Assembly (NCBI GenBank): GCA_026397015.1
Contig: JAPLVR010000005.1
Span: 1-64,000 of the forward strand
Source of the DNA: Candidatus Iainarchaeum sp.
GTDB taxonomy: Archaea; Iainarchaeota; Iainarchaeia; Iainarchaeales; JAAZKV01
Direction: 5' to 3'
DNA length: 64,000 bases
Below the pieces are notes generated by a model. The model was not told the DNA's origin. It searched no databases and saw only the letters and a program-made list of their open reading frames with translations. Of the stretch, positions 1 to 10,194 are shown one piece after another. The translations under genes were made by a program, and so were the position numbers. How positions within the stretch are numbered: the first letter of the stretch is position 1; the number at the start of each line of letters is the position of its first letter.

Positions 1-165
1 AACGCGACTTCACAGGGAACAGTTAATCGAATTTATGAGATTAGGGGTTCGGTTTTGAATGGTGCAGGCGCAGCAGATATTACTCCAAAATTTAGACCCG
101 AAACTGATGGGTCTGCGACAGTTAAGCAGGGGAGTTGGTGCATTTACACGACGCTTGGGGGCTGA
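1..165 (+). CDS. 3' end of a truncated ORF, beta-rich C-terminus of a probable surface or fibre-type protein
   Basis: Frame 1 is open from the window edge to TGA at 163-165 (NATSQGTVNRIYEIRGSVLNG...TVKQGSWCIYTTLGG*). Confidence 0.55.
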   Translation, partial: NATSQGTVNRIYEIRGSVLNGAGAADITPKFRPETDGSATVKQGSWCIYTTLGG

Positions 166-169
166 CCCA

Positions 170-278
170 CGGCCTTTTAAAAAAGGCCGGCGAAAAGGCT
201 ACGCCTCAGCCTTTTAGAAAAAGGCTGGCGAAAAGAGCCTAACGGCACAGTCTTTTTGTGAAAAAGGCTGGCGAAAAA
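170..278 (+). repeat. Three copies of a REP-like hairpin, CAGCCTTTT-n-AAAAGGCTGGCGAAAA
   Basis: Copies at 170-196 (CGGCC/GGCCG variant), 207-234 and 248-278. Confidence 0.85.
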
Positions 279-494
279 ACATATTTTCACTGAGTCGTCA
301 CATCAGCCCGGTTTCAATCGGCAAGTACAATAAAAACAAATGCTGGTTTTTTTTGGGTGGTTAGTTGAAATTGAAGAATTATTCAATTAAAAAACACTAT
401 TCTAATGATTATTGTATTGAGCAATAATGCATATTATTGTTCATTATGTTGAACAATAAATAAGATTATAAATGTGTTTAAATACACTAATAAC

Positions 495-1772
495 ATGATT
501 TCAAAATCCGTTCTGGGCACAATAATCCAAGACCAGCTAAGCGAATTCAAAAGCCTGAAAGGCACCGTTCCAAGAACCCTATTCAAAAAAGCCATTTCAT
601 ACGGCGGAGCTTCTGCATTTGTAGTCAAAGGAGTTAGGAGGTGCGGCAAAAGCACTTTATTAAAGCAAATAGTAAAAGAAAAATTTTCAGACAATTTTCT
701 CTACTTCAACTTTGACGACGAAAGAATAACCAACTTTAAAACAGAAGATTTTCAAACGCTAATGGAAGTCTTCATAGAACTGTTCGGAGAAAAAAAGAAC
801 ATGTTCTTCGACGAAATACAAAACATTGCAGGCTGGGAATTATTCGTAAACCGCCTGCTGAGACAAGGCTATCACGTTTTTATAACGGGCTCAAACTCAA
901 ACCTCTTAAGCAAAGAACTAGGGACCCACATGACCGGCAGGCACGTCGACATAGAGCTGTGCCCGTTTTCCTTCACAGAGTTTTTGAAAGCACAAAAAGT
1001 GGAAGCGCCGAAAAAAGGATTTTATTCCACAGAAAACAAAGTACTAATGTCAAAAAAATTTAAAGAATACCTTTCAAAAGGGGGGATGCCAGAGGTAATA
1101 GTATACTCCAATGAAGCCGTTCTCACACAAATACTAAACGACATAATACAAAAAGATATTGTCACTAGGCACAACGTAAGAAAACCATCAGAACTTAAGG
1201 CGGTTTTAAACTACCTAATATCCAACGCCGCAAACTCAATAAACTTTCGGTCAATGCCCAGCAACTTCGCCATAAAAAGCCCAAACACAATACAAAAATA
1301 CGTCGAATACGCAGAAGAAACTTACATTGTTTTCACCGTGAAAAAGTTCGAAAGGAAACTCAAACAATTCGACAAAAACCCAAAAAAAATTTACTGCATA
1401 GACACCGGCATAATAACAAAAAATACTCCAAGCATGCGGGAAAAAGACGGCGACCTACTGGAAAACGTTGTCGCAGTCCACCTGAAAAGACTCGGAAAAG
1501 AATTCTACTACTACAAAGGAAAGACCGGCCGCGAAACAGACTTTGTAATGCCAAGAGAAAAACAGGCAATACAAGTGTGCTACGACCTCGACAAAAATAA
1601 TACTGAAAGAGAAACCAAAGGATTGATAGAAGCAATGAAAGAACTAAAAACAAAAAACGGGCTAATACTCACCCTAGACCAGGAACAAGAAATAACCAAC
1701 AAAAAAAGCAAAATAACGGCAAAACCGGTATGGCAATGGTTAATAGAAAACGACAATTATGAAAAAACCTAA
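495..1772 (+). CDS. AAA+ ATPase (AAA_14 + DUF4143 type)
   Basis: Walker A GVRRCGKS, Walker B FFDEIQ, TGSNS and KKIYCIDTG motifs, C-terminal ETDF..AIQV nuclease-like motif. ATG at 495 preferred over GTG at 474. Confidence 0.9.
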   Translation: MISKSVLGTIIQDQLSEFKSLKGTVPRTLFKKAISYGGASAFVVKGVRRCGKSTLLKQIVKEKFSDNFLYFNFDDERITNFKTEDFQTLMEVFIELFGEKKNMFFDEIQNIAGWELFVNRLLRQGYHVFITGSNSNLLSKELGTHMTGRHVDIELCPFSFTEFLKAQKVEAPKKGFYSTENKVLMSKKFKEYLSKGGMPEVIVYSNEAVLTQILNDIIQKDIVTRHNVRKPSELKAVLNYLISNAANSINFRSMPSNFAIKSPNTIQKYVEYAEETYIVFTVKKFERKLKQFDKNPKKIYCIDTGIITKNTPSMREKDGDLLENVVAVHLKRLGKEFYYYKGKTGRETDFVMPREKQAIQVCYDLDKNNTERETKGLIEAMKELKTKNGLILTLDQEQEITNKKSKITAKPVWQWLIENDNYEKT

Positions 1773-1951
1773 ACAATGAAATAACAAACGCAAGCCTATT
1801 CATCAATGCCCTGATTACCCTAACAAAAGATCTATAATCAAAAAATTAATTTGCGTGCAAAGCCTGGCCTTTGAGAACAATTTTAAACTTGAAAACACTT
1901 ATATTTTGCAATAATAAATTGCAACGAATTACCAAAGACGGCGGGAATTTT

Positions 1952-2683
1952 GTGTTTGAAAAAAATTTGGGTTCTTTGAAGTGCCAGGCCACAATCGAAT
2001 CGATGCTTATTCTTGCGGTAGGAATGGTCACCCTTCTAATTTTGACGGCATTTCTTTGGGATTCTTATACAACTTCTCAGGCGGCACAGCAGCAACAGCT
2101 GGGAAAAGACTTGTTGAACAGGCTTGCAAAGGAAATTGATGATGCTTATTTTCTTGGTCCGGGAACGGTGAAAAAGCTTATTTTAGTCGTGCCCTCGTGT
2201 GCCGACCTGAATATGTCAAGTTTTGGTTCAAGAACAATTATTCTCAATGTTTGCGGAGCCGACCTTATGGGCAGCACAAATGTGGAGGTAAGGGGCAGTT
2301 GGGCCAACGCTATGGGTGTCCACCAGTTTGTAATAACCGCCTTCGGGGATTTTGTTTCTGTTTCGGCTTCAAAGCTTGAACTTTCCCAATACCAGATAAA
2401 TGTAGTGGTTTTGCAGGGGGCAACAAAGGACGTAAATATTTCAACGGGAAATGTTTCGGGTTCGCCGGTTAATTATGTTGTCTCAACCAGTTTTTCATAT
2501 TCTGATGTGAATATTTCCGTTACTCCGGATGGCAGCCAAACTTATCTCGCGGATGAGGACAAAAATTTTGCAATTACGATTTCCTGCTCAGACGATGCGG
2601 TTGGCGCCTATTCGGGCCTGATAGAATTCGGCGGCGACGAAAATATAACCATCCCGCTGAACATTATATGCACTTCAACTTAA
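1952..2683 (+). CDS. Pilin-like protein with class III signal peptide
   Basis: KC/QATIESMLILAVG followed by a hydrophobic helix; first gene of the pilin-like operon. GTG start at 1952 is inferred. Confidence 0.75.
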   Translation: MFEKNLGSLKCQATIESMLILAVGMVTLLILTAFLWDSYTTSQAAQQQQLGKDLLNRLAKEIDDAYFLGPGTVKKLILVVPSCADLNMSSFGSRTIILNVCGADLMGSTNVEVRGSWANAMGVHQFVITAFGDFVSVSASKLELSQYQINVVVLQGATKDVNISTGNVSGSPVNYVVSTSFSYSDVNISVTPDGSQTYLADEDKNFAITISCSDDAVGAYSGLIEFGGDENITIPLNIICTST

Positions 2684-2710
2684 AACAGAGGCAAACTTGG
2701 GTGATTATTT

Positions 2711-3142
2711 ATGGCGAAAAAAGCTTTGGATTCAAGGAAAGATTCGGGCGCAAGGGCGCAGATAAGCATTGAGTTCATGATGTCCGCAGTGATAATATCC
2801 ATGGTTTTTCTTTTTGGCGTAATGATTTTCCAGAGCAGGGCGCAGATTAACACCAATTATTCCATACAGGGCAAAGCGCAGGAGGCGGCTTTCAGGCTCG
2901 CCCGTAACATAAATAATGTTTATCTGACGGACGACAACTCTTCTTTCAGCGACTATTTTTATTATGCCAACCAGCATTACACAATTAGCAAGGGTTATGG
3001 CAGCATAATGGTGTGGCCGGACTCGAACAATTTTGTTGATGCGCCCATAATACCTAAGGACTTGAATTTGACGGTGAGCGATTTGAACGGCGAAATATTT
3101 TTCAGGAAGCAGGACGGAAAAGTGATTGTGGGTTACAATTAA
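2711..3142 (+). CDS. Pilin-like protein with class III signal peptide
   Basis: RA/QISIEFMM followed by a hydrophobic helix. Confidence 0.8.
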   Translation: MAKKALDSRKDSGARAQISIEFMMSAVIISMVFLFGVMIFQSRAQINTNYSIQGKAQEAAFRLARNINNVYLTDDNSSFSDYFYYANQHYTISKGYGSIMVWPDSNNFVDAPIIPKDLNLTVSDLNGEIFFRKQDGKVIVGYN

Positions 3143-3202
3143 AGGCGAATTGGGTTGGTGAAAAATGAAAAAGTTTGGTAGGTTATTTTAGGGATTGATT
3201 TT

Positions 3203-3736
3203 ATGAAAAAGTTTGTGTTAAAAGGATTTCAATTGAATTCGAAAGGGCAGTTTTTTTTCCCCGACCTGATGCTTGCGACAAGCGTCTTCATTATGGGGCT
3301 GGTTTTTTTCTTTGTTGCTTCGCAGCACATTTTTTTCCAGACGCAAGAGCTCGATTCAAGGAAGGAAATTGACGAGGCGGCGCATGCTTCGCTTGATGCT
3401 CTTCTGAGCATGCCCGGAAGCCCGGTCAATTGGGAGCACAAAAGCATAGATGATGTCAATGTTTTTGGCATAGTTTCTTCAAGGGGCATTATTGATTCTG
3501 TAAAGCTTGAGAAGCTCCGCGAACACCTTAATGGCGCAAATTATTCTTCAGCAAAGGTAAAGCTGGGCCTTCCAAAATACGACTTGCAGATAAGCCTTGT
3601 TGACACAAATGGGGATTATTTTGAGGAAGCCGGCGCAATTGACGCCAATGCGGATTACAAGTTTGTTTATGAAAGAATAGTTTATTACAACGGCGCGCAG
3701 TCGGTCCTGCGGGAGGTCGTTTCATATGAAAAGTAA
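3203..3736 (+). CDS. Minor pilin-like protein
   Basis: KG/QFFFPDL followed by a hydrophobic helix; PGSPVNWE motif seen in archaeal pilus-associated proteins. Confidence 0.75.
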   Translation: MKKFVLKGFQLNSKGQFFFPDLMLATSVFIMGLVFFFVASQHIFFQTQELDSRKEIDEAAHASLDALLSMPGSPVNWEHKSIDDVNVFGIVSSRGIIDSVKLEKLREHLNGANYSSAKVKLGLPKYDLQISLVDTNGDYFEEAGAIDANADYKFVYERIVYYNGAQSVLREVVSYEK

Positions 3737-4151
3737 GGGTTTTTTGATTTCGCTTGACGCATTTCTCAGCCTTACCATAAACATGCTTCTCATATTGATG
3801 GCTTTTTTTTATCTTTCCCAGGTTTCAACAACCTCATGGAATTCCGTTGACTTGAAGCTTATTGTAATGGATCAGATTGCGGTTCTGGAGAAGTCCGGAA
3901 TTTTAGAAAACGCCGTTAAGCAGGGCTCTTCCGAATCGATTCTTTCGGGCCTTAACATGACTCCTTACTCCTTGTGCTTTGAAGTTTTGGTTTTCAATGG
4001 CGAAAACCTCTCAGTTCCGGTGATTCATGCGGTTAAGGCTGGTTGCCAAAAAAGTTTTACGGAACTCAGCGCCGTTGAAGGAGCATTTGTAGTGGTTGAC
4101 AATTCTGATGTGAATTTTTTGGTTGCAAGGGTTTCTGGGTGGAAGAAATGA
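3726..4151 (+). CDS. Minor pilin-like protein
   Basis: KG/FLISLDAF followed by a hydrophobic helix; overlaps the previous gene. Confidence 0.75.
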   Translation: MKSKGFLISLDAFLSLTINMLLILMAFFYLSQVSTTSWNSVDLKLIVMDQIAVLEKSGILENAVKQGSSESILSGLNMTPYSLCFEVLVFNGENLSVPVIHAVKAGCQKSFTELSAVEGAFVVVDNSDVNFLVARVSGWKK

Positions 4152-5014
4152 TTTCAGGGAAAGGTTTTTTGTTCACGGTTTCCGTAATATTCTTTACTTC
4201 AACGCTCGTTTTTTACACGCAGCAGTATGTTGAAAACAACTTCTTCCGCGAAGAAGGAATAATAAATTCTTCGAAACTCGCAAGCCAGCCGTTCCTAAAC
4301 AATGATATTAGTTTTGATTTGCAAAGAATTTTTGGCTTCACGCTTGAAACGGAATATTCCAAGGACCTGAACATCAAGGTTACCGGAACTTTGCCGCGCG
4401 GATTTGACGTGCAACAAAAATTAAGCGATTACAATGCATTCCTTTACGGAACTTTTTTCGGGAGAACTCCCGGAACAAAAACAATCGACCTGGCAAACCT
4501 TGCGGACGGGAAAGCCGAACTTTTTATCGGAAGCCTTGTTGAATGTGATTTTGATTATGACAATAATGTTGCATCGGTTTATCCGAAGACCGGAAGCACC
4601 CTCAGATACGTGGACCTAAACATTGATGCGAACGCAATCGACTTCAACAGGGTTGAATGGGTTGGTTCTACGCCGGAAGCTGGGGATGTTCTGTTGAAAA
4701 TAAACTATGTTGATAACAGAAATTCTTTTTCTATAAACACATCAATAGGTCCGACGGCTGTGAATAAATTGGCAATCGTTTACAACGCCGCCAGCCTTAC
4801 AGATATTAACGCATATGTGACAATTGGTGATGATGGCGTTACGACTTCGGCCGTGAAGATTGATACTGATGCGTCGCGCCAGCTGGATTACTCGCTTTTT
4901 GTTTCTTATCTGGCTTCCCCAGATACCAATTACCTGCCGATAAGGTTCAATGCGGGCATGACTTACTCTGAAAGGCAATTCAGTTCGAACAGCCCGATAA
5001 AAGTAGGGAACTAA
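4148..5014 (+). CDS. Minor pilin-like protein
   Basis: KG/FLFTVSVIFF followed by a hydrophobic helix; ATGA overlap with the previous stop codon. Confidence 0.7.
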   Translation: MISGKGFLFTVSVIFFTSTLVFYTQQYVENNFFREEGIINSSKLASQPFLNNDISFDLQRIFGFTLETEYSKDLNIKVTGTLPRGFDVQQKLSDYNAFLYGTFFGRTPGTKTIDLANLADGKAELFIGSLVECDFDYDNNVASVYPKTGSTLRYVDLNIDANAIDFNRVEWVGSTPEAGDVLLKINYVDNRNSFSINTSIGPTAVNKLAIVYNAASLTDINAYVTIGDDGVTTSAVKIDTDASRQLDYSLFVSYLASPDTNYLPIRFNAGMTYSERQFSSNSPIKVGN

Positions 5015-5076
5015 AGAAATAAACCGGGAACCCGAATTAGCTCGGGCTGTGCCGGTTCACTTGAAAAAATATTTTT

Positions 5077-5583
5077 TTATGAGCAGGTTCCGACAAGGTC
5101 GCCCGCGCCCTGCTCTCTCAGGCTATTTATGTCCACATTGTTGTAGTCAATAGTAATGTTGTTCTTGACGAAGTTGTACGTCGCACCCGATGTGCATGCA
5201 GGGGCGGTGGTCAAAGAAATCGTTCTTGTGAATGTCGCGCTAGGCGCGACATTAAGTGAAGCATTTCTGTCACAGTCAAGTCCGGCTCCGCTGACACACA
5301 TTCTAACAAAGTTTATCGTCGAGGCAGTGTTGTTTTTCAGTACTATAGTAAGACCGTTGTTTGCCGACGACTGAACATGGTTGATGATTGCGAATGGCGT
5401 GGCGCTTTTCCATTTAATGTCAGAATCCGCTTGTCTGAGCCCTCTTCCGGCGTCAGTGAACTGGAATAACAGTGTGACGACCACAAGAGCGATTACTACG
5501 ATTATTGCGAGTATTATGAGATACTCGACTGTTCCCTGCGCTTTTTCATTTCTCTTCAAACAAAACACCCCGCGTAAAAACAT
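5077..5583 (-). CDS. Type IV pilin with class III signal peptide, probable major pilin
   Basis: KA/QGTVEYLIILAIIVVIALVV. The real start may be TTG at 5559 after a GGGGTG ribosome-binding site. Confidence 0.85.
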   Translation of the reverse strand: MFLRGVFCLKRNEKAQGTVEYLIILAIIVVIALVVVTLLFQFTDAGRGLRQADSDIKWKSATPFAIINHVQSSANNGLTIVLKNNTASTINFVRMCVSGAGLDCDRNASLNVAPSATFTRTISLTTAPACTSGATYNFVKNNITIDYNNVDINSLREQGAGDLVGTCS

Positions 5584-5677
5584 TAGTCTTTTTTACTGTC
5601 AGATATTGTTCTTTCTCCTATTTAAATGTTACTGAGGGTTTTCTTTTTGCCGGTTTTTGCCTTTGCGGGGTGTTTGA

Positions 5678-6754
5678 TTATACAAACGCGCCCAGAAGGG
5701 AACTTACGATATTGGTCATTATTATGAACAAGCCGATGCTTCCGATGAAGAGGAAAGGGGAATACTTTAATCCAGATATTATTTTGTCGCCGCCGACTAT
5801 TCCGATGAAAACGCTTGCAAGCACCGAGTTGCAGGTGAGCAGTGCGAATGCAATCGTTCTCATGAAATCAGGTTCGATCGTTATTTTGCCGCTGCTAAAT
5901 CCTATCTGTGCAGTTACCTCGCCGCTAACCTGTGAGAGTCCGCCCGCCTGATTTTGTATCGAGGACATTATTGTTAGAAATTGCACGCTTACCGCCAAAA
6001 GCATTGGCGATGCCACTACGACCACAAACACTATGAAGATGGTGTACATTCTTGTGGATGTAACTAATTCCTGTTTCAGTTTTTCAGTTTGCTTTATGTC
6101 CTTTGCGCTTGATTCTATGAGTTCAGAAAGATGACCGCCCGAAACCAGCGCCTGCGCAAAGAACTTTGAAGTTTCCCTCAGTATGTCGGAATCTACTCTG
6201 TCCGCGATGTGCTTGAGCGCCTGTGAAAACGATTCTACCCCCAGGCTTTTTTGTGTTGCAACTTTTATTTCTTCGCTGAGCGGACCGAACTCGGGCCTTA
6301 CGGCTGCTCTGAAAGCCGAAAACGGAGTCATTCCGCTTTTCAAATTGCTTGCGACAAGCATTAAAAAATCCGGCAACGCATTTTCAACCATTTTTTTTCT
6401 TCCGTCGATTGCGTAAGCGATGTGGAGATATGACAGAACCAAGACGGCGACAAAAAATATTGCGAACAAACCGAGTTGCATGAAAATAAGCGTTTCCCCT
6501 CCAAACACGGTTTGATGAAAATTGGTTCCATAAATTGAGTCTATTATGGGGAATATTGTTTCGGGCAGAAGAAATCCTATGAAGCCGAAAAGGAGCGCCA
6601 GTATCAGCCTTGATCCTGCCCAAACTCTTTCATCGTCTTTTGAGCCCGCATATTTAAGCCATCTTTTTGCATAGTTTTTCGTGAGCGTTCGCGGTATGAA
6701 AGAGGAAAATATCAGCGCAGCATCTCTAATTATCGGCGCAATATTCCCAATCAT
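5678..6754 (-). CDS. Type II secretion F / TadC-like pilus membrane platform protein
   Basis: LPDFLMLVASNLKSGMT and FGPLSEEI motifs; multiple TM helices; downstream of the pilus ATPase. Confidence 0.9.
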   Translation of the reverse strand: MIGNIAPIIRDAALIFSSFIPRTLTKNYAKRWLKYAGSKDDERVWAGSRLILALLFGFIGFLLPETIFPIIDSIYGTNFHQTVFGGETLIFMQLGLFAIFFVAVLVLSYLHIAYAIDGRKKMVENALPDFLMLVASNLKSGMTPFSAFRAAVRPEFGPLSEEIKVATQKSLGVESFSQALKHIADRVDSDILRETSKFFAQALVSGGHLSELIESSAKDIKQTEKLKQELVTSTRMYTIFIVFVVVVASPMLLAVSVQFLTIMSSIQNQAGGLSQVSGEVTAQIGFSSGKITIEPDFMRTIAFALLTCNSVLASVFIGIVGGDKIISGLKYSPFLFIGSIGLFIIMTNIVSSLLGAFV

Positions 6755-7647
6755 TACCTGACCACCCTTGGTGTTCTTGTTCTAACGAACATTATCATTC
6801 CCATCTGGACCATTATTGAAAGGATTACGATTGAAATTATTATTTCCTTTCCAACACCCCCTCCGCTGAGCGAAGAAATTATTACGAGGAATGTGACTCC
6901 CAGGGAAGGAAGTGCGGCTGCGACTATGAGATACATTAGTATCCATAAATTTAGTTCGGCGGCGTATGACTTTATTGAATCCATTTGGTTCGCTATGAGT
7001 GAATCAACCTGGACGGCGAGAGCGGAAACCATCGAGCCTCCGCCTTTTATTGTCGTGATAAGCTGCCAAATTGTTTTTTTGAGCGTTTCTGATTGCGTTT
7101 TGAATGCCAATTTTTCAAGCGATTCTGTTTCTCTTGAGCCCGTGCTTATGTCCCCAACAACGAAACTGAATTCCTTTGAAACGGCTCCGTAGTTTGATCT
7201 TGAAATGCTTTTCATTGTTTCGAACAGGCTGACTCCGGAACTTAGCTGTATTAACATGCTTCTTATTGCAAAAACCAGCTCGCTGTCGATTGCGCTTGCC
7301 AGCTGTCTCGCCCTCATCTTCGGATAAAGCATGAAGTACAAAAAAAACCCTATAAACGCAAACACTCCGAAAATTGTCATCATTGAGTAAACGCCCGGTC
7401 CGAGCTGCTTGTTTATTATCAGCCCGAATGCGGAACCCGTAAAGAAAAAAAGCACCCCGTAAAAAATTGCCGAGAGAAATGAGGCAAGGCTGTATCTTTC
7501 AATGTCGACTTCTATTTCCGCTTTTTCCAAATCGTATTTGAGCGAGAAAACCAGTTTTGCGAGCCACGCTCCTATCCACCTGTAGTCGCCCCCCATTTCC
7601 CTTACCTTTGAAATGGGAAAAATCATCATGGGGACTCTTTCCTCCAT
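6754..7647 (-). CDS. Type II secretion F / TadB-like pilus membrane platform protein
   Basis: IDSELVFAIRSMLIQLSSGVSL and YGAVSKEF motifs; TM helices. Confidence 0.9.
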   Translation of the reverse strand: MEERVPMMIFPISKVREMGGDYRWIGAWLAKLVFSLKYDLEKAEIEVDIERYSLASFLSAIFYGVLFFFTGSAFGLIINKQLGPGVYSMMTIFGVFAFIGFFLYFMLYPKMRARQLASAIDSELVFAIRSMLIQLSSGVSLFETMKSISRSNYGAVSKEFSFVVGDISTGSRETESLEKLAFKTQSETLKKTIWQLITTIKGGGSMVSALAVQVDSLIANQMDSIKSYAAELNLWILMYLIVAAALPSLGVTFLVIISSLSGGGVGKEIIISIVILSIMVQMGMIMFVRTRTPRVVR

Positions 7648-10070
7648 TATGCCACCTTGTACGCTTCTTCAACCGGCGCGTTTTTTTTCGCCAGCTCCTT
7701 TATTTTTTCCGGGTCGCTGTAAAAAAGCTTCATTATTTTTCCTACCGATTCCATGTTGTCGATTTTGCTGTTTCTCATCCAGTCAAGAATTGTTTTTCTG
7801 TCTTCAAGTTCCCCGTAAATTTCTTCCTCAGTCATTCCTGTGTGAAGGTTGAGCAGCGTCAAAAGTTTTACTGGCCTGTTTAATCTCTCCCAAGAATCCT
7901 CTCTCGGAACCCATTTGTAAATTGTGTTTACCTGCAATCCCTGTCCTGTTGCAGCCGGCTCTATTTCAGCCAGTTCATAAGTCCTTCTTTTGTTTGTTTT
8001 TCTATCCCTGTACTGGACAAGTATCAGGTCAATGAGTTCTATCTGGACCGAGGGAATGCTTATCGGCGGTTCTGAAAGCCTCCTCAAAACCTGGTAGGCG
8101 GAGTTGGCGTGCATAGTGGAGTAAATGCTGTGGCCTGTTTCAACCGCTTCCATTAAAACTTCGGCCTCTTCATGTCTTCGGATTTCTCCGACTATTATTC
8201 TGTCTGGTCTCATCCTGAGGCTTGTTACCATCAGCTCAAGCATTTCAACTTCCCCCAATCCCTCCGGGTTCCGCGGCCTCGTAACCAATGGCACCCAGTT
8301 CCATTTCAAATAACTTGGGAGTATTAATTCCCTTACATCTTCGATTGAGATGAGCCTGTGATATGACGGCGTAAGAGCAAGCAGCCCGTTAAGGGTGGAG
8401 GTTTTTCCACTCGCCGTTCCTCCCGCAACAAGAATGTTCATTTCGTATTGTATCGCAAGCCAAAGCAGGGCAGCCATTTCACTGTTCATTGAATGGCTTC
8501 TCCCGATAAAATCAATAATTGTCCAAGGCCTTCTTGCAAACCGCCTTATTGTGAGCGTGTTTCCTTCCGCAGAAATCGGAAACAAAGTTGCATTGACACG
8601 GTCGCCGGAGGTGAGGTGCGCATCAAGTATTGGATTCAGGACGCTTATTTCTCTCCCTATTTTTCTTCCTATCTGCGCCGAATAATTTATGACTTCTTCT
8701 TCCGATTTTATTATTATGTTTGTTTTCAGCCAGCCGTGTATTATGTGATAAATTGTTACTGGCGTCTTTGACGAGTTGATCGCGATTTCTTCAAGCATCG
8801 GGTCCCCCATTAATATGTCAAGGTCGCCCAGCCCGTACATTTCATGAAGCACTATTCCCCCGAGCGGTCTCAGTAGTTCTTCCGGAGTATTCGGAAAGTA
8901 TTTGAGCATATGCAAACTTACCTGTTCGAAATATTTTTTCTTCAGCTTCCTCGCCTTCGACTGGTCAAGAATGTCTTCCAGTTCTATCGGCGTGCTTTCG
9001 GCAACTTCCCCCTTGATGTATTCAAGAAATTGTTTTGTGTATTTTCCGACTGCGGGAACTTCGAGACAGTAGGTCGGCCTCACTTCTCCGGTTTCCGCAA
9101 TTATGGATATTTTTGCGGGAATGAAATCTACGACCAGGTCGTACGATTCCACCATTTTTCCTTTCGGCAGTTCCTTGAGCCTCGAGGTGATTTCTTTTTT
9201 CAATTTTATTCTCGGCTTTTTTTGTATTCCGGGAGGATACTCAATTTCGATTATTCCGTCGTTTTCGAAAAGCCTCGCTATTTCCTCGATTTTTTCTAGC
9301 GATATTCCTATGTAATCAACAAGTTTTCCGGCGTCGACTTCCTTGTAAACCGAGAGCAGCTCGAACATAGTGTCAATCGGGGTAGTAATTTTTTCGATTT
9401 TTTCCGAAATTTCTTTTGCACTGCCAAGGCTTTCCTCTCCGAGGAGAAGTTCCGCGTTTTCTTCGGTCTGTTCGCCTCTTTGCACCGGAGTTGTAGCCTC
9501 TTGTTTTGGAATTTCTTTTTCAGCGCCCGCAGTACCCGTTGCGTTTGTTCCTTTCTGTTCTCCGGCCGAACTGTTCCCGCCTTCCGTTTGCGCCTCCCAT
9601 CCTTCAAAATCGGTTGCAAGGGGCGCCTCGATTTGTTCGGTTTCAAACCAATCAGGGTTTGTTTCAGATAGGTTTGAGGATTGGCTTCTCTCCTCAAGAT
9701 TTTTTTGTTTGAGCCACTCAAAATCGGCGGGCGGCTGTGTTATGAGCCCCTTTCTTCCATCCATTCCGAGGAAGGAATCTGTTTGCGTGCTTATTTTGTA
9801 ATCGTCAAATTTTTTTCCCTCGACAAAATTGGGTTCGCTTTCACTTAACTTTGGCTTTTCTTTTGGGGTCGCGAGTTCCTTTAACTTTTCAAGCGCGCTC
9901 TCTTCCTTTACCCCTTTTTTTCCGGCGCCGGCAGCGTCACCTCCTTCGGATGCCGCTGAAATCGGCTTCAAATCTGATGGCACCTTTCTTCCTGCCGCAA
10001 GCTTTTTTAGCTCGTCCAGCTGGCTTGACGCCCCGTCTTTTTTTTCGGGAAACACGACCATGAGAACCAC
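7647..10070 (-). CDS. Pilus assembly ATPase (VirB11/TadA/FlaI family) with a long acidic N-terminal extension
   Basis: GGTASGKT, SIEDVREL, LRMRPDRIIVGEIR and TGHSIYSTMHA motifs. Confidence 0.95.
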   Translation of the reverse strand: MVLMVVFPEKKDGASSQLDELKKLAAGRKVPSDLKPISAASEGGDAAGAGKKGVKEESALEKLKELATPKEKPKLSESEPNFVEGKKFDDYKISTQTDSFLGMDGRKGLITQPPADFEWLKQKNLEERSQSSNLSETNPDWFETEQIEAPLATDFEGWEAQTEGGNSSAGEQKGTNATGTAGAEKEIPKQEATTPVQRGEQTEENAELLLGEESLGSAKEISEKIEKITTPIDTMFELLSVYKEVDAGKLVDYIGISLEKIEEIARLFENDGIIEIEYPPGIQKKPRIKLKKEITSRLKELPKGKMVESYDLVVDFIPAKISIIAETGEVRPTYCLEVPAVGKYTKQFLEYIKGEVAESTPIELEDILDQSKARKLKKKYFEQVSLHMLKYFPNTPEELLRPLGGIVLHEMYGLGDLDILMGDPMLEEIAINSSKTPVTIYHIIHGWLKTNIIIKSEEEVINYSAQIGRKIGREISVLNPILDAHLTSGDRVNATLFPISAEGNTLTIRRFARRPWTIIDFIGRSHSMNSEMAALLWLAIQYEMNILVAGGTASGKTSTLNGLLALTPSYHRLISIEDVRELILPSYLKWNWVPLVTRPRNPEGLGEVEMLELMVTSLRMRPDRIIVGEIRRHEEAEVLMEAVETGHSIYSTMHANSAYQVLRRLSEPPISIPSVQIELIDLILVQYRDRKTNKRRTYELAEIEPAATGQGLQVNTIYKWVPREDSWERLNRPVKLLTLLNLHTGMTEEEIYGELEDRKTILDWMRNSKIDNMESVGKIMKLFYSDPEKIKELAKKNAPVEEAYKVA

Positions 10071-10194
10071 TGTTTCGCGCGCTTCTGGCTTTGCTATAAT
10101 TAGTTCTTTCTATTTAATAAAGTTGCCTGATTTATTCAGGCGCCGTTGCTTTCATTAGGGTGTGTTTAAAACATTTTTTCTTCTTTATTCAATC

